IMG/VR virus record: IMGVR_UViG_3300036900_000025
Coordinates: 14,955-78,954 of that record
Reading direction: 5' to 3' (one strand)
DNA from: a virus
DNA: 64,000 bases
The notes beneath the pieces are model-generated. The model made no database searches, was not told the origin of the DNA, and worked only from the letters and a program-made list of their open reading frames with translations. Below are positions 55,242-63,989 of this stretch, in pieces. Position 1 is the stretch's first letter. Each line of letters opens with the position of its first letter. The position numbers and the translations under genes are program-made.

Positions 55242-55284
55242 CCGGGTGCCTTCCGGGTTGCTAGGACTAGCATCGACTTTGGAC

Positions 55285-55497
55285 CGAGCCCCAGGCGCCT
55301 GATTCCCAAAAGGCACCTGGGGCTCGATCGTCACCCTCCCGGCTACGCTCACGGCGTGGAGCTTGGTGAAGGCCCACCCGCTTCTACGACGCCGTCTCTT
55401 CACGAGCGCAGTGACGATCCAGGAGGTTCCCGGCTGGCACGCACTGACTACCTGCGCCCCTGGACGAGCGCACAGCCAGACCTACCGTCGGGACACT
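55285..55497 (-). ncRNA. Candidate structured non-coding RNA (~210 nt)
   Basis: No credible ORF; two long irregular hairpins with potential pseudoknots, then a 16-bp hairpin (55285-55326). Confidence 0.45.
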
Positions 55498-55674
55498 CTA
55501 TGCAGATATGCGGCGAACAGTCCGATCGTGCATGTCCACCAGAACCGCGATTGCCTTACGGTTCACTTCTTCCAGGCGACGGATCGCGTAGTGCCGGTTG
55601 CGAGTCGTCGTGTCCGTTGCCCAGCCAGTGGTACCATCACTGGCCATTGTGCGAACGAGGACATCGTAGAGCAT
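55498..55674 (-). CDS. 58-aa hypothetical protein
   Basis: GGAAAGG RBS. Confidence 0.55.
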   Translation of the reverse strand: MLYDVLVRTMASDGTTGWATDTTTRNRHYAIRRLEEVNRKAIAVLVDMHDRTVRRISA

Positions 55675-55822
55675 GACTGCCTTTCCTGTCAAGGAGAGCG
55701 AGGCGGGCGGTCTGACTGTAGGAGCTGTGAATCCTGCAGACCGTACCGACTAGGCCGACTTTACTGCAGTGACTCACAGAAGCCTAGCAGACTTACGGCA
55801 ACATACGGTAGCGCCCTAGCGA

Positions 55823-56263
55823 TCAGCTCTCGCTGGTCGCCGTCTCCTCGGTGCCCTCGGTCGGGGTGGCAGCCGGGTCCTTCTTCTCCTCGTGCTTGTG
55901 CCCGAGGTCTGCGTGGTCGAGGCTCGCGTGGTAGTTGAAGGCCTCCTCCTCGGGCTTGGAGTTGAGGCCCTTGACCGAGAGGCCGTGGCGCTCGGCGAGG
56001 TGCTGCTTGCCCTGGCCGAACTTGACCGGCTGGACGGTCCGCACCTTGACGGACTCCTCCTTCTTCGGCGCGAAGCGGACCTCGACGATCGAGGCGGCTT
56101 CGATCAGGTCGGCCTGCGTCTTGCCCTTGGGCTTGAGCAGGACGCCCAGGTCGTTGGCCGAGAGGACGGTGCCCTCGATCTCGACGGCCTCCTTGCCCTC
56201 GCCCTGTGACTTGACCAGGATGACCTTCTGATCGACGTACTGGGTCGGGTTCTCGAGTGCCAC
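55823..56263 (-). CDS. Sm/Hfq-like fold protein with His-rich C-terminal domain
   Basis: V.L....EIEG.V...NDLGVLLK....DLI...SI.EV; very strong codon bias; AAGGAG RBS. Confidence 0.5.
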   Translation of the reverse strand: MALENPTQYVDQKVILVKSQGEGKEAVEIEGTVLSANDLGVLLKPKGKTQADLIEAASIVEVRFAPKKEESVKVRTVQPVKFGQGKQHLAERHGLSVKGLNSKPEEEAFNYHASLDHADLGHKHEEKKDPAATPTEGTEETATSES

Positions 56264-56450
56264 TTCTTGCTCCTTCGGTGTGCGGATCGGCCCCTCTTTA
56301 GGGTCGTCCGGTGTCGGGGTGGTGCTAGGTGCAGGCCGGGCGGGCTGGCCCGGTTCCGCCGTTGCTTGACGGTACCGGGCCAGCCTCCATGCCGTCGCGG
56401 CATCCTACGGGCCGGGGCCAGGTAGTCTGCGGGTCGGGCATGGCACTACC

Positions 56451-59400
56451 CTACCGCATCACTAGCCGTTTCTCCAAGTGCCGAACCACCTTCGTGATAT
56501 CGGCGTCGTCGTCAACCCTCACCGTGTCGAGGCCGTGCTCTACCGGGTCCTCGGTGCGGATACCGACCGCTAGCAACGTCATCTTCTTGCGGGCGAAAGT
56601 CCTGATCTCCCTTTGCAGGATCTCAAGCTCCTCCTCGTAGTTCTCGGCAGGCATCTTGCCGTCGGAGTAGTACATCAGGATCTTGTCAGTCGCGTTCGAT
56701 TCCTCGAGCCGCTTCCGGTAGAACTCGATGCTGTGCCCGTCCAGGTTAGCGGCGTCAGGCCCGAGGTCGCGGAGGATGTTCTTGCGCTCCTCGTTCCACG
56801 GGTCTTGCCGCTCCTTGATGACGTAGATGTCCAAGTCCACGCCCTCGGCGCGACCTGACTTGGGCGAGTGCATGTTGCCTGAGTGGGCGTAGACCGCGAA
56901 GTCAATGCCCATGCGCTCACACAGTTCTGCCTGGGCGTACGCGGCCCTCTTCGCCAGTACGATGTTCGTGCCGACGGTCGATCCCGAGACGTCAATCCCG
57001 ATCACGACAAAGTAGCTGCGCTTGCCAGGCATGGACTTCTTCTTGAAGAGCCGATCGTCGCCGATATGCGCTCGCTTGCCAAGCACTCGCGTGTTGACCT
57101 TTCCGGCCTTCAAGTTCGTGACCTGCTTGCCGCGCCGGTTGTCCGCAAACGTGACTCGCATACGCTGGAGTGCCGGGCCGAGAACTTCCTCGCCGATCTC
57201 CATGTCGCACTTGATCCCGGCCTGTGACTTCGACAGGGCAGCGCCCCAGCGGCCGTGATCGAAGGCCTCGCTCATGTTGATGCCTTGCACCATGACGGGC
57301 GAGCCCTTGTGGTGGATGCGAACCCCGTAGATCTCACGGGACGGCGTCTCGAAGTACAGACCCTGGACAATTGCCACCTTGACTGCGTTGTCGTCCTTGG
57401 CTTCTTCCTCGAGAACCGACTTGGGCTTCTCCTCCTCGTCGTGGTGACCAAAGATTTCGACGCCCTGGCGGCACTCCTCGGGAGTGCCCATCGGGAGGTC
57501 ATCGTTCTTCTCGTTCTCGATGACCTCTACCCCGCCGGTGGACTCTCCGGTGTCGATGGTGTCGTCAGACTCCGAACCGTCTTCAGGAATCGACTCATCC
57601 CCGTCAGCATGTTCATCGCTCGGTAGGCCAGCATCCTCGAGTCCCGGTCCGTCAGAGGCTCCGTCCCCTTCCACCGAATCGTCAGGTCCATCCCCTGCCA
57701 GCTCGTCGTCAGAGTCGTCTCGATGCTCTGATCCGGTTGCTGTACTGCTGTCACCTGGTACGGCAGACTCGGCACCGGTCCCGTGACCGTCTCCTGGTCC
57801 TTCATGAGAAGCCTCCTCTACTGGTGATCCGTCGATGTCCCCGGTTCCGGTGATGCCAGCTGATTCGTCCGAGGCCTCCGGACCAGTATCAGACCAGTCG
57901 TCGGATCGACCGTCAGCTCCACCATCTCCCCCGCCTGAAGATTCTCCAGGGCCCTCCCCCTCATCGTCCCCTTGCTCGCCGGAGCTGGAGGAACCGGAGT
58001 CACCCTCACTGTCGGTGTCTCCCACCTCAGGTTCCCCAGCATCGTCTCCCCCCGCCCCGTCGTCGTCTCCATCCCCCAGCTCGGACTCGCCACCAGGTTC
58101 ATCCGTGGGTTCAGAATCTGCTCCGCTGCCTTCCCCAGAAGCGTCGCTGTCTGACTCCCCACCCGAGCCACTACTAGACCCGTCCTCGCCAGAGCCCTCG
58201 CCGTCAGAACCCTCACCATCTCGGTCATCGTCGCCTGGCTCATCTAGAGGATTCCCCCCTTCACCCTCACTGTCTCCATCGCCCGTCTCGGCGCTAGGAT
58301 CGGCAGGAGCACCTGCTGATCCATCGCTGCCCACTCCTTCTCCAGGGCTCTCGCTGCCGTCGTCAGGTTCTTCATCAGAGTCTCCATCTCCGGCACTGTC
58401 AGAGGAGTCAGTTCCGTTCTCGCTGGGCGGAACATCAGACTCATCACCGTCACCAGTGTCCGACGATGACTCGTCATCACTGTGATCCTCTGAGTCCCCA
58501 GACTCAGACTCATCGCTGTCACCCTCCGTGCCGCTGTCATCTGGCTCCTCCTCGGGCAGGTCGGGGTCGTCGGGGAGCTGACAGAAGCCGAGCTCTCGCA
58601 GGCGCTCCAGAGTTGGGAAGCAGAGCTGGTACACGCCAGCCGTGCTGCGGATCGTGTCCATCTGACGCATCAGCGAGGTGATGACGCTGTCGTCCATCGC
58701 TGCCACTACAGACTCGTGGAACCATGACCCGTACTCGTAGCCAGAGGCCTTGGCGTACAGGGCGATGAGGACTTGCTGGTTGAGCGGGCGCTCGTTCCAG
58801 TTACAGGTGAAGGCCTTGCCGTCAGGGCCGATTGCCTCGAAGCCCTCGTTGAAGATCCGGTGTTCGTCGGCCTCGAACATGATCCGAGTACCGGGGCGCG
58901 CCTTGTGGAGTTCGCGGTTGACGCGAGCGTCCTCCAAGGCGTTCGTCATCATCGGGAGCCATTCGCTGATAATGCTGGCGAGGCTGATGTAGTTCTGGAC
59001 TACCCAGGACGGCTCCTTGGCGATCCGGTCAGCCAGGGCCTTTCCGTACTTGGAGCCCGAGGCGCGGATCGCGTCGGCGATGATGGTTGCCTTGTCCTTC
59101 TGCGTAACTGGCATGAAGGAGTCGAAGCAGATGTGGGCGATCTCGTGGTAGATCGTCACCAGGATCTCTTCGCGGATCGCGCAGGCTGAGCAGCGCTGGA
59201 GGAGCGTCACCTTGTCGCGCTTGTCACACAGTGCGCGGTCGTGGGTTCGCTTCTTCCCCAGGGCGAGCGGGGGCCTGTAGTAGATCTTGGTGCCGTTGGT
59301 CGAGCCGTTGTCATGCGTGGCCAGCTCGATGCGGGCCTTGGGGTTCTTGGTCAGCATACGGACGTATGCGTTGAGGTTCGGCAGCATTCCCCGGAACACG

Positions 59401-59477
59401 CGGACAGCCTCGCGGGCCTCTTCGTCGCGCTTTGGGTCTGCTCCTGCTCGCTTGAAGATGTCAAGGTCGATGGTCAT
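56451..59477 (-). CDS. CobT/NorD-like protein: HExxH metallopeptidase-like domain, long acidic linker, VWA domain
   Basis: G.TNG..I, HEIAH, NALEDARV; D/E/G/S linker of ~370 aa; MIDAS DVSGS...N.DG...SDG.P. Confidence 0.88.
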   Translation of the reverse strand: MTIDLDIFKRAGADPKRDEEAREAVRVFRGMLPNLNAYVRMLTKNPKARIELATHDNGSTNGTKIYYRPPLALGKKRTHDRALCDKRDKVTLLQRCSACAIREEILVTIYHEIAHICFDSFMPVTQKDKATIIADAIRASGSKYGKALADRIAKEPSWVVQNYISLASIISEWLPMMTNALEDARVNRELHKARPGTRIMFEADEHRIFNEGFEAIGPDGKAFTCNWNERPLNQQVLIALYAKASGYEYGSWFHESVVAAMDDSVITSLMRQMDTIRSTAGVYQLCFPTLERLRELGFCQLPDDPDLPEEEPDDSGTEGDSDESESGDSEDHSDDESSSDTGDGDESDVPPSENGTDSSDSAGDGDSDEEPDDGSESPGEGVGSDGSAGAPADPSAETGDGDSEGEGGNPLDEPGDDDRDGEGSDGEGSGEDGSSSGSGGESDSDASGEGSGADSEPTDEPGGESELGDGDDDGAGGDDAGEPEVGDTDSEGDSGSSSSGEQGDDEGEGPGESSGGGDGGADGRSDDWSDTGPEASDESAGITGTGDIDGSPVEEASHEGPGDGHGTGAESAVPGDSSTATGSEHRDDSDDELAGDGPDDSVEGDGASDGPGLEDAGLPSDEHADGDESIPEDGSESDDTIDTGESTGGVEVIENEKNDDLPMGTPEECRQGVEIFGHHDEEEKPKSVLEEEAKDDNAVKVAIVQGLYFETPSREIYGVRIHHKGSPVMVQGINMSEAFDHGRWGAALSKSQAGIKCDMEIGEEVLGPALQRMRVTFADNRRGKQVTNLKAGKVNTRVLGKRAHIGDDRLFKKKSMPGKRSYFVVIGIDVSGSTVGTNIVLAKRAAYAQAELCERMGIDFAVYAHSGNMHSPKSGRAEGVDLDIYVIKERQDPWNEERKNILRDLGPDAANLDGHSIEFYRKRLEESNATDKILMYYSDGKMPAENYEEELEILQREIRTFARKKMTLLAVGIRTEDPVEHGLDTVRVDDDADITKVVRHLEKRLVMR

Positions 59478-59496
59478 GCTGCCGAACCTCCTCTCG

Positions 59497-59676
59497 CTAC
59501 TTCGTGGGCCAGTTGCCGTGCTGAAGGCCGTCCTGGAGCGCACCGGCCAGGGCGTTGATGATGTACTTCTCAGTCATCCCCACGTCCTGCATCCGACGAG
59601 TCATGGCCGCGAAGGCCTCCTGCTCGGTGCCGGTCGGGGCGTAGTGCTGGCAGACCACCAGCATCTCGCGGATCAT
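59497..59676 (-). CDS. 59-aa hypothetical protein
   Basis: ATGA coupling. Confidence 0.6.
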   Translation of the reverse strand: MIREMLVVCQHYAPTGTEQEAFAAMTRRMQDVGMTEKYIINALAGALQDGLQHGNWPTK

Positions 59677-60176
59677 CCGTTCACCTTGTCGAGCTGGTTG
59701 ATCGCCGCCGCCGCCAGGGAGGCCTGGTTGGCAGCCGCCGTCTCGAGGTCGGCCAGCCACTCTCGGTCCTCCTGCTCGACCAGGTGCAGCTGTCCTCCCT
59801 CGGTAATGAGCTTGCGCCGCTCTTCCCTGTTCTGCTGTTCGTACTTTTCGGGAGAAGCCAGCTCGGCGAACTTGCCAGCGAGGTTCTCGAGAACCAGCTT
59901 GCGATTCCCGCTGTTGCCAGCGTCCCAATCCGGCTGCAGGTCGTCGAGGTACTTGCGCAGGTCAAACGAGTCCTGCGCCTCGATGGTGTGGACATACGGG
60001 AAGTTGTGCGCGATCTCGACGTTCATCAGGGCTGCGATCCCCGCCAGGTAGGCGTCCTGAGCTTCACGGCTCGCTGATGCACCTCGACCGGCACGAGGTC
60101 TGGTGTTGTCGTAGTACCTGCGTACCAGTTCCAGTTGCTGCTGGCGCAAGATACCGTTCGTCTCGAACATGAGCAT
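59673..60176 (-). CDS. Hypothetical protein
   Basis: Coupled ORF with codon bias. Confidence 0.65.
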   Translation of the reverse strand: MLMFETNGILRQQQLELVRRYYDNTRPRAGRGASASREAQDAYLAGIAALMNVEIAHNFPYVHTIEAQDSFDLRKYLDDLQPDWDAGNSGNRKLVLENLAGKFAELASPEKYEQQNREERRKLITEGGQLHLVEQEDREWLADLETAAANQASLAAAAINQLDKVNG

Positions 60177-60434
60177 TCAGTTCACCACCCGTCGGAGCGC
60201 CCGGACCTTCTTGCTCTTGCGCAGGAAGGTCGCAGGGAACTCGTGGCGCAGGTAGCCCAGCGACGAGCGCACGCGAGCCTCCTTGACCGTGAAGCCCACG
60301 CTCTCGAGTGAGAGGATGAACTCCTCGGTTGCGGACTTGATGTAACGAGGCAACGTTGCCTCGTTCGTCTCACGTGAGCCGCGTGTCAGGTCCAGGTCGA
60401 TCTGGACCGAGATGCGACGAAGGTTCTTCGCCAT
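60177..60434 (-). CDS. Small basic protein
   Basis: GGAGGT RBS. Confidence 0.65.
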   Translation of the reverse strand: MAKNLRRISVQIDLDLTRGSRETNEATLPRYIKSATEEFILSLESVGFTVKEARVRSSLGYLRHEFPATFLRKSKKVRALRRVVN

Positions 60435-60458
60435 TCCTACCTCCGGTTGGGTCGAGTG

Positions 60459-62015
60459 TTACTGGTTGTGTGCCCTGACGACATCGAGCATCGCCTCTTG
60501 CTGCTGTGGCTCCAGGTAGTCAGCCGCGCCGCGTCGGTACGCAGTCACAACGTCGAACCACCGTAGGGCGCGAGCCACCTTGATCTGGTTGCGGATACCC
60601 CAGGTGATTGCCAGGGTGTCCTCGGACAGGTCGCGCAGTTCTTCGGCGATGTCGAGCATCATCTTGAGCTGCTTGTCCGTGATCTCCCACCCGTCGAGCG
60701 CGACCCGGTTCTTGATGATCTCGGCCTCGAGTGTGCGGGGCGGCATAGGGACGAAGATATGCATGAGCCGCGATCCGTCAGCGTCACCCAGCTCGCTGGT
60801 GCCGACGTTGCGAGGATCCCAGGCAGGGTTCATCGCCATGCCCATGAAGCAGTCGTCGTGTCGGTCGATCATCTCACCCTCGAGAGCGTCGAGGACGAGC
60901 TGCTTCGCGTTGTCCGTCAGCGGCCGCAGGAACTGCCACACGGCAGGCTGGCCGGTGTTCGGCTCGTCGATGCAGATGATGCACGGCTTCGACCAGGCCT
61001 GCGGAAGACGACCGTAGTGAGCGTAGGTGCCGACATCGGGCTTGAACAGCATCTTGCCCTCGATGTCGTCCAGCTCTGTCTCCTCGGTGATGGAGATTCG
61101 CTCGAACGGCAGACACATCAGCCAGGCGACGTGACGGAATAGCTCGGTCTTGCCGGTCCCGGCCACGCCCCACAGGGCTGGCGTCTCGTCGAGCTTCATC
61201 CACGCGACTGCGACGGTGTAGACCGCGTTGCAGTGGTCGATGTACAGCTCGGGGTGAGCGTCGTCCCCGGTGCGGGGGATCTTCTTCTGCTCGTCCTCGC
61301 TGAAGTACTCCGGGTTGTAGACCGGGATCAGAACCGTGTTGCCGCTGCCCTCCTGGTCATGGACCTCGCGCCAGGCGATGATGCCGTGAGTGCGCTCTTC
61401 GTCGGACACCGGAGCGTCGGACGTGTACTCGTGCGGCTCGGTGAAGTTGTCCTTGGACTTGAACCAGGACCGGATCGGGTCGGCCGTCGTGTTGAAGGCG
61501 TCCTCGTACTCGGGCATGAGCGCGATGCCAGCCGTCGTGGAGCGCACCGTGCCGAACCGGCGGAAGTCGCAGTCCTTGGCTTCCTCGACCTGACGGTTGG
61601 CGAAGATGAGCTTGCCCTTGGCGGCACAGAGACTCGCCGTCCAGCCAAGTTCCTCCGCGACAGCCTCGTCAGTGACCCGGTTCGCGCACATCGCACAAGA
61701 CGTGCAACGCTGCTTGAGCGGGTCGGAGTCCTCGAGGATGGTGCGGGCCTCGGGGTCGGCCAGTGCGACCGAGAGCTTCCACTCGTGAGCGGGCGGCGGG
61801 ATCGCGGGCTTTGGCTGACCGTAGCCAGCGCAGTCCTTGGCGAAGAACCGGTACAGCTTCTCGGCCTGCTGGGTCGTGGTGCTGGTCTTGCCGAGCACCT
61901 TGCCGTAGCGGGCGCACATCGGAGCACCGATCTGCTTCTTGAACATCTGCCCAACGTCGCCTGCCTTGAGAAACGATGGGCAGGTCGCGCAAGACCGATT
62001 GGGGTCAGGAGCCAT
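60459..62015 (-). CDS. MoxR/CbbQ/CobS-family AAA+ ATPase with tandem Cys4 N-terminal modules
   Basis: GVAGTGKT, ICIDE.N, AMNP, D...SR. Confidence 0.9.
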   Translation of the reverse strand: MAPDPNRSCATCPSFLKAGDVGQMFKKQIGAPMCARYGKVLGKTSTTTQQAEKLYRFFAKDCAGYGQPKPAIPPPAHEWKLSVALADPEARTILEDSDPLKQRCTSCAMCANRVTDEAVAEELGWTASLCAAKGKLIFANRQVEEAKDCDFRRFGTVRSTTAGIALMPEYEDAFNTTADPIRSWFKSKDNFTEPHEYTSDAPVSDEERTHGIIAWREVHDQEGSGNTVLIPVYNPEYFSEDEQKKIPRTGDDAHPELYIDHCNAVYTVAVAWMKLDETPALWGVAGTGKTELFRHVAWLMCLPFERISITEETELDDIEGKMLFKPDVGTYAHYGRLPQAWSKPCIICIDEPNTGQPAVWQFLRPLTDNAKQLVLDALEGEMIDRHDDCFMGMAMNPAWDPRNVGTSELGDADGSRLMHIFVPMPPRTLEAEIIKNRVALDGWEITDKQLKMMLDIAEELRDLSEDTLAITWGIRNQIKVARALRWFDVVTAYRRGAADYLEPQQQEAMLDVVRAHNQ

Positions 62016-62055
62016 GCTGAACTACCTCCAGGATGCCTGGGTCGTGGGAATCGAC

Positions 62056-62268
62056 CTAACGAGAGCGAGCAGGTGTACGCCGTGGGCGTGTCGTCCGCAT
62101 CTCAGCGGATTTGCGGTCGAACTCAGCGCTGTGTGTCTGGCACACGGGAACTTCGGCCTTGAGCCCGAGCGCCTTGTCAAACAGGACGACGTCGCCCACC
62201 GGCTTCTTTCCACAGACCGTGTCGGCGTCCAGAAGGATACCGCAGTCGGGAAGGGCTGGGGCTGACAT
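62056..62268 (-). CDS. Small Cys-containing protein
   Basis: GGAGGT RBS; follows a promoter. Confidence 0.6.
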   Translation of the reverse strand: MSAPALPDCGILLDADTVCGKKPVGDVVLFDKALGLKAEVPVCQTHSAEFDRKSAEMRTTRPRRTPARSR

Positions 62269-62296
62269 GAGTGGTACCTCCAGTTGTCGTGTGTCG

Positions 62297-62325
62297 AGCG
62301 TAGCACTAGGTCACGTCGCTGTCAA
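62297..62325 (-). promoter_or_regulatory. Consensus sigma-A promoter (TTGACA-17-TACGCT) for the AAA/VWA operon
   Basis: Shares TTGACAGCG and TGCTAnGCT with the promoter at 54247-54275. Confidence 0.8.
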
Positions 62326-62738
62326 CCCGATAGTCTCGGGCCTTCCAGGTGGCGGTTCACCGTGATCTTGTGCAGGATCGGCAGACGAACACTGATCATT
62401 CCCTTTGCGTCACCGAAAGCGATGATGAAATCATCGACCTCGTACACGTCTGGCTGGGTTGACCCGATGACGTGACGGACCGTATAGACGGCCATGCCGA
62501 ACTCGTAGAGAATGTCTCCCGGCACGAGATCCTTCGCCTCGATCTCCACGCGCTTCATGTTGTTCTGGCCGAGCTTGTAGTCACGCAAGCCGAAGTAGAG
62601 CGCGTCTAGCTCAAGGTCGCCTGCTTCGAACTCCACGGCAGGCGGCGCGTCGGGGCCGAGGTCCGGGTCGGTGAGTGTGACAGCGTGTCGCCCCTCGTCG
62701 GTGGTGGCGACTTCGACTAGGTCGTTGAGGAAATGCAC
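62322..62738 (-). CDS. Hypothetical protein
   Basis: ORF in operon. Confidence 0.55.
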   Translation of the reverse strand: MHFLNDLVEVATTDEGRHAVTLTDPDLGPDAPPAVEFEAGDLELDALYFGLRDYKLGQNNMKRVEIEAKDLVPGDILYEFGMAVYTVRHVIGSTQPDVYEVDDFIIAFGDAKGMISVRLPILHKITVNRHLEGPRLSG

Positions 62739-63139
62739 TTGTCCATCACCTTCCTGTAGTCGAAGTGGTGACCACTGAGACTCTCGAGTCCGGGGATCAT
62801 CTGATTGCGGAGGTTGTTCCAGCGGGTCTGTGCGTCCTTGAGGCCGTTGATGTCGTGGTAGACCTCGGCGAGCTGGATCTGGTTCAGCAAAGACGGAAGC
62901 TGCTTGTAGGGCACGTCAACCTGCTGCACGTCGGCGTACATCGCGTCAGCAAGCTTGAGCGCCACCTGGCACTCTTCGGCGAGAGGGTCCTTGACGTGCT
63001 TGGTGACCGTCGGACCAGGCACCTTGACTGTGTGAGTGTAGGCCGGTGGCGGGTAGATGATCTCGTCTCCACCGAACGCTGCTCCACAGGCGTACCCTAC
63101 AAGGCCAGCGACCGCCAGTGCGATGAGCACTGACTTCAT
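62717..63139 (-). CDS. Secreted or membrane-anchored protein
   Basis: N-terminal hydrophobic segment; P.PTVT linker. Confidence 0.65.
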   Translation of the reverse strand: MKSVLIALAVAGLVGYACGAAFGGDEIIYPPPAYTHTVKVPGPTVTKHVKDPLAEECQVALKLADAMYADVQQVDVPYKQLPSLLNQIQLAEVYHDINGLKDAQTRWNNLRNQMIPGLESLSGHHFDYRKVMDKCISSTT

Positions 63140-63141
63140 GG

Positions 63142-63396
63142 CTAGTCCTCTCCTGCGTCATCTGTTACGAGGATGGTGGGCCAGGCCAGTTCGCGTGCGG
63201 CCTCCACGAGCGAGGATGCATACGGCCAGTCCTCGTCGTCTATGACCCACTGCCCCTTGTCGTCCTGGTGCGCGACAAGGGGCATGATCTGGCCTTCGTT
63301 GACGAGCCGATCCTTCTGGTACCTCACGGTGCGACGGGAGACGTAGTACTCGTTCGTCACCACGTCCATCGGATTGACCAGGACGATCTTGCTCAC
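63142..63396 (-). CDS. Small protein, possibly a degenerate ParB/Srx fold
   Basis: L...GQI.PLV......W.I.D......AA.EL....I.V. Confidence 0.45.
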   Translation of the reverse strand: MSKIVLVNPMDVVTNEYYVSRRTVRYQKDRLVNEGQIMPLVAHQDDKGQWVIDDEDWPYASSLVEAARELAWPTILVTDDAGED

Positions 63397-63989
63397 CGTC
63401 GATGGAGCTGCTCGTAGGTACGCCCGTCGTTCTGGTCATCGACCTCGTCGATCACCTCGGGGTACCGCGTCTCGCAGTCCGGCCCGATGCCGTAGTGACG
63501 GCTCCGCTCGTCGGTGAGCGTCTTGCCGCAGATGCCGCACTGGTTGAGGTGCTCCGAGTAGGTCTTGCGGCACCGCTTGTAGTCCACGATGACGCCGTTG
63601 ATCAGATCGCAGATGCCGTTGTCGTACACGCTGATCTGACCGGACGGCCACCAGACCCAGGCGAGCTTGAGGTCGTCGCTGTGCTGGGTCTGCACGATGG
63701 TGGCACCGGCGAAGCGATTGCGGGCAGTCTTCGCGTAGCGCTTGAGCCGGATGAACCGGAGCGGCACCTCGCTGGACGGCTGCCAGGCATAGCGCCCGTC
63801 AGGCACGGAGTCGAGCAACGCGGTGAAGACGGTGTTCTCCAACCGGGGCCTCCCGTAGGTCGGACGCGCCACGACTGGCGGCGGTGGGGGTGTCGGCGTG
63901 GACGGAAGGCCCAGGCCGTAGCAGTGCTTCACCTCTACGACAGAGGTGTGCCGGACTCGTCGGTCCTTGTGGCAGATGATTGAAGCCAT
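63393..63989 (-). CDS. DUF6011-like zinc-finger protein
   Basis: CGICGKTLTDERSRHYGIGPDC. Confidence 0.75.
   Translation of the reverse strand: MASIICHKDRRVRHTSVVEVKHCYGLGLPSTPTPPPPPVVARPTYGRPRLENTVFTALLDSVPDGRYAWQPSSEVPLRFIRLKRYAKTARNRFAGATIVQTQHSDDLKLAWVWWPSGQISVYDNGICDLINGVIVDYKRCRKTYSEHLNQCGICGKTLTDERSRHYGIGPDCETRYPEVIDEVDDQNDGRTYEQLHRR

Noticed and set aside
57484-58485. Plus-strand Ser/Pro-rich ORFs
   Set aside because: Antisense mirror of the acidic linker of the VWA protein.
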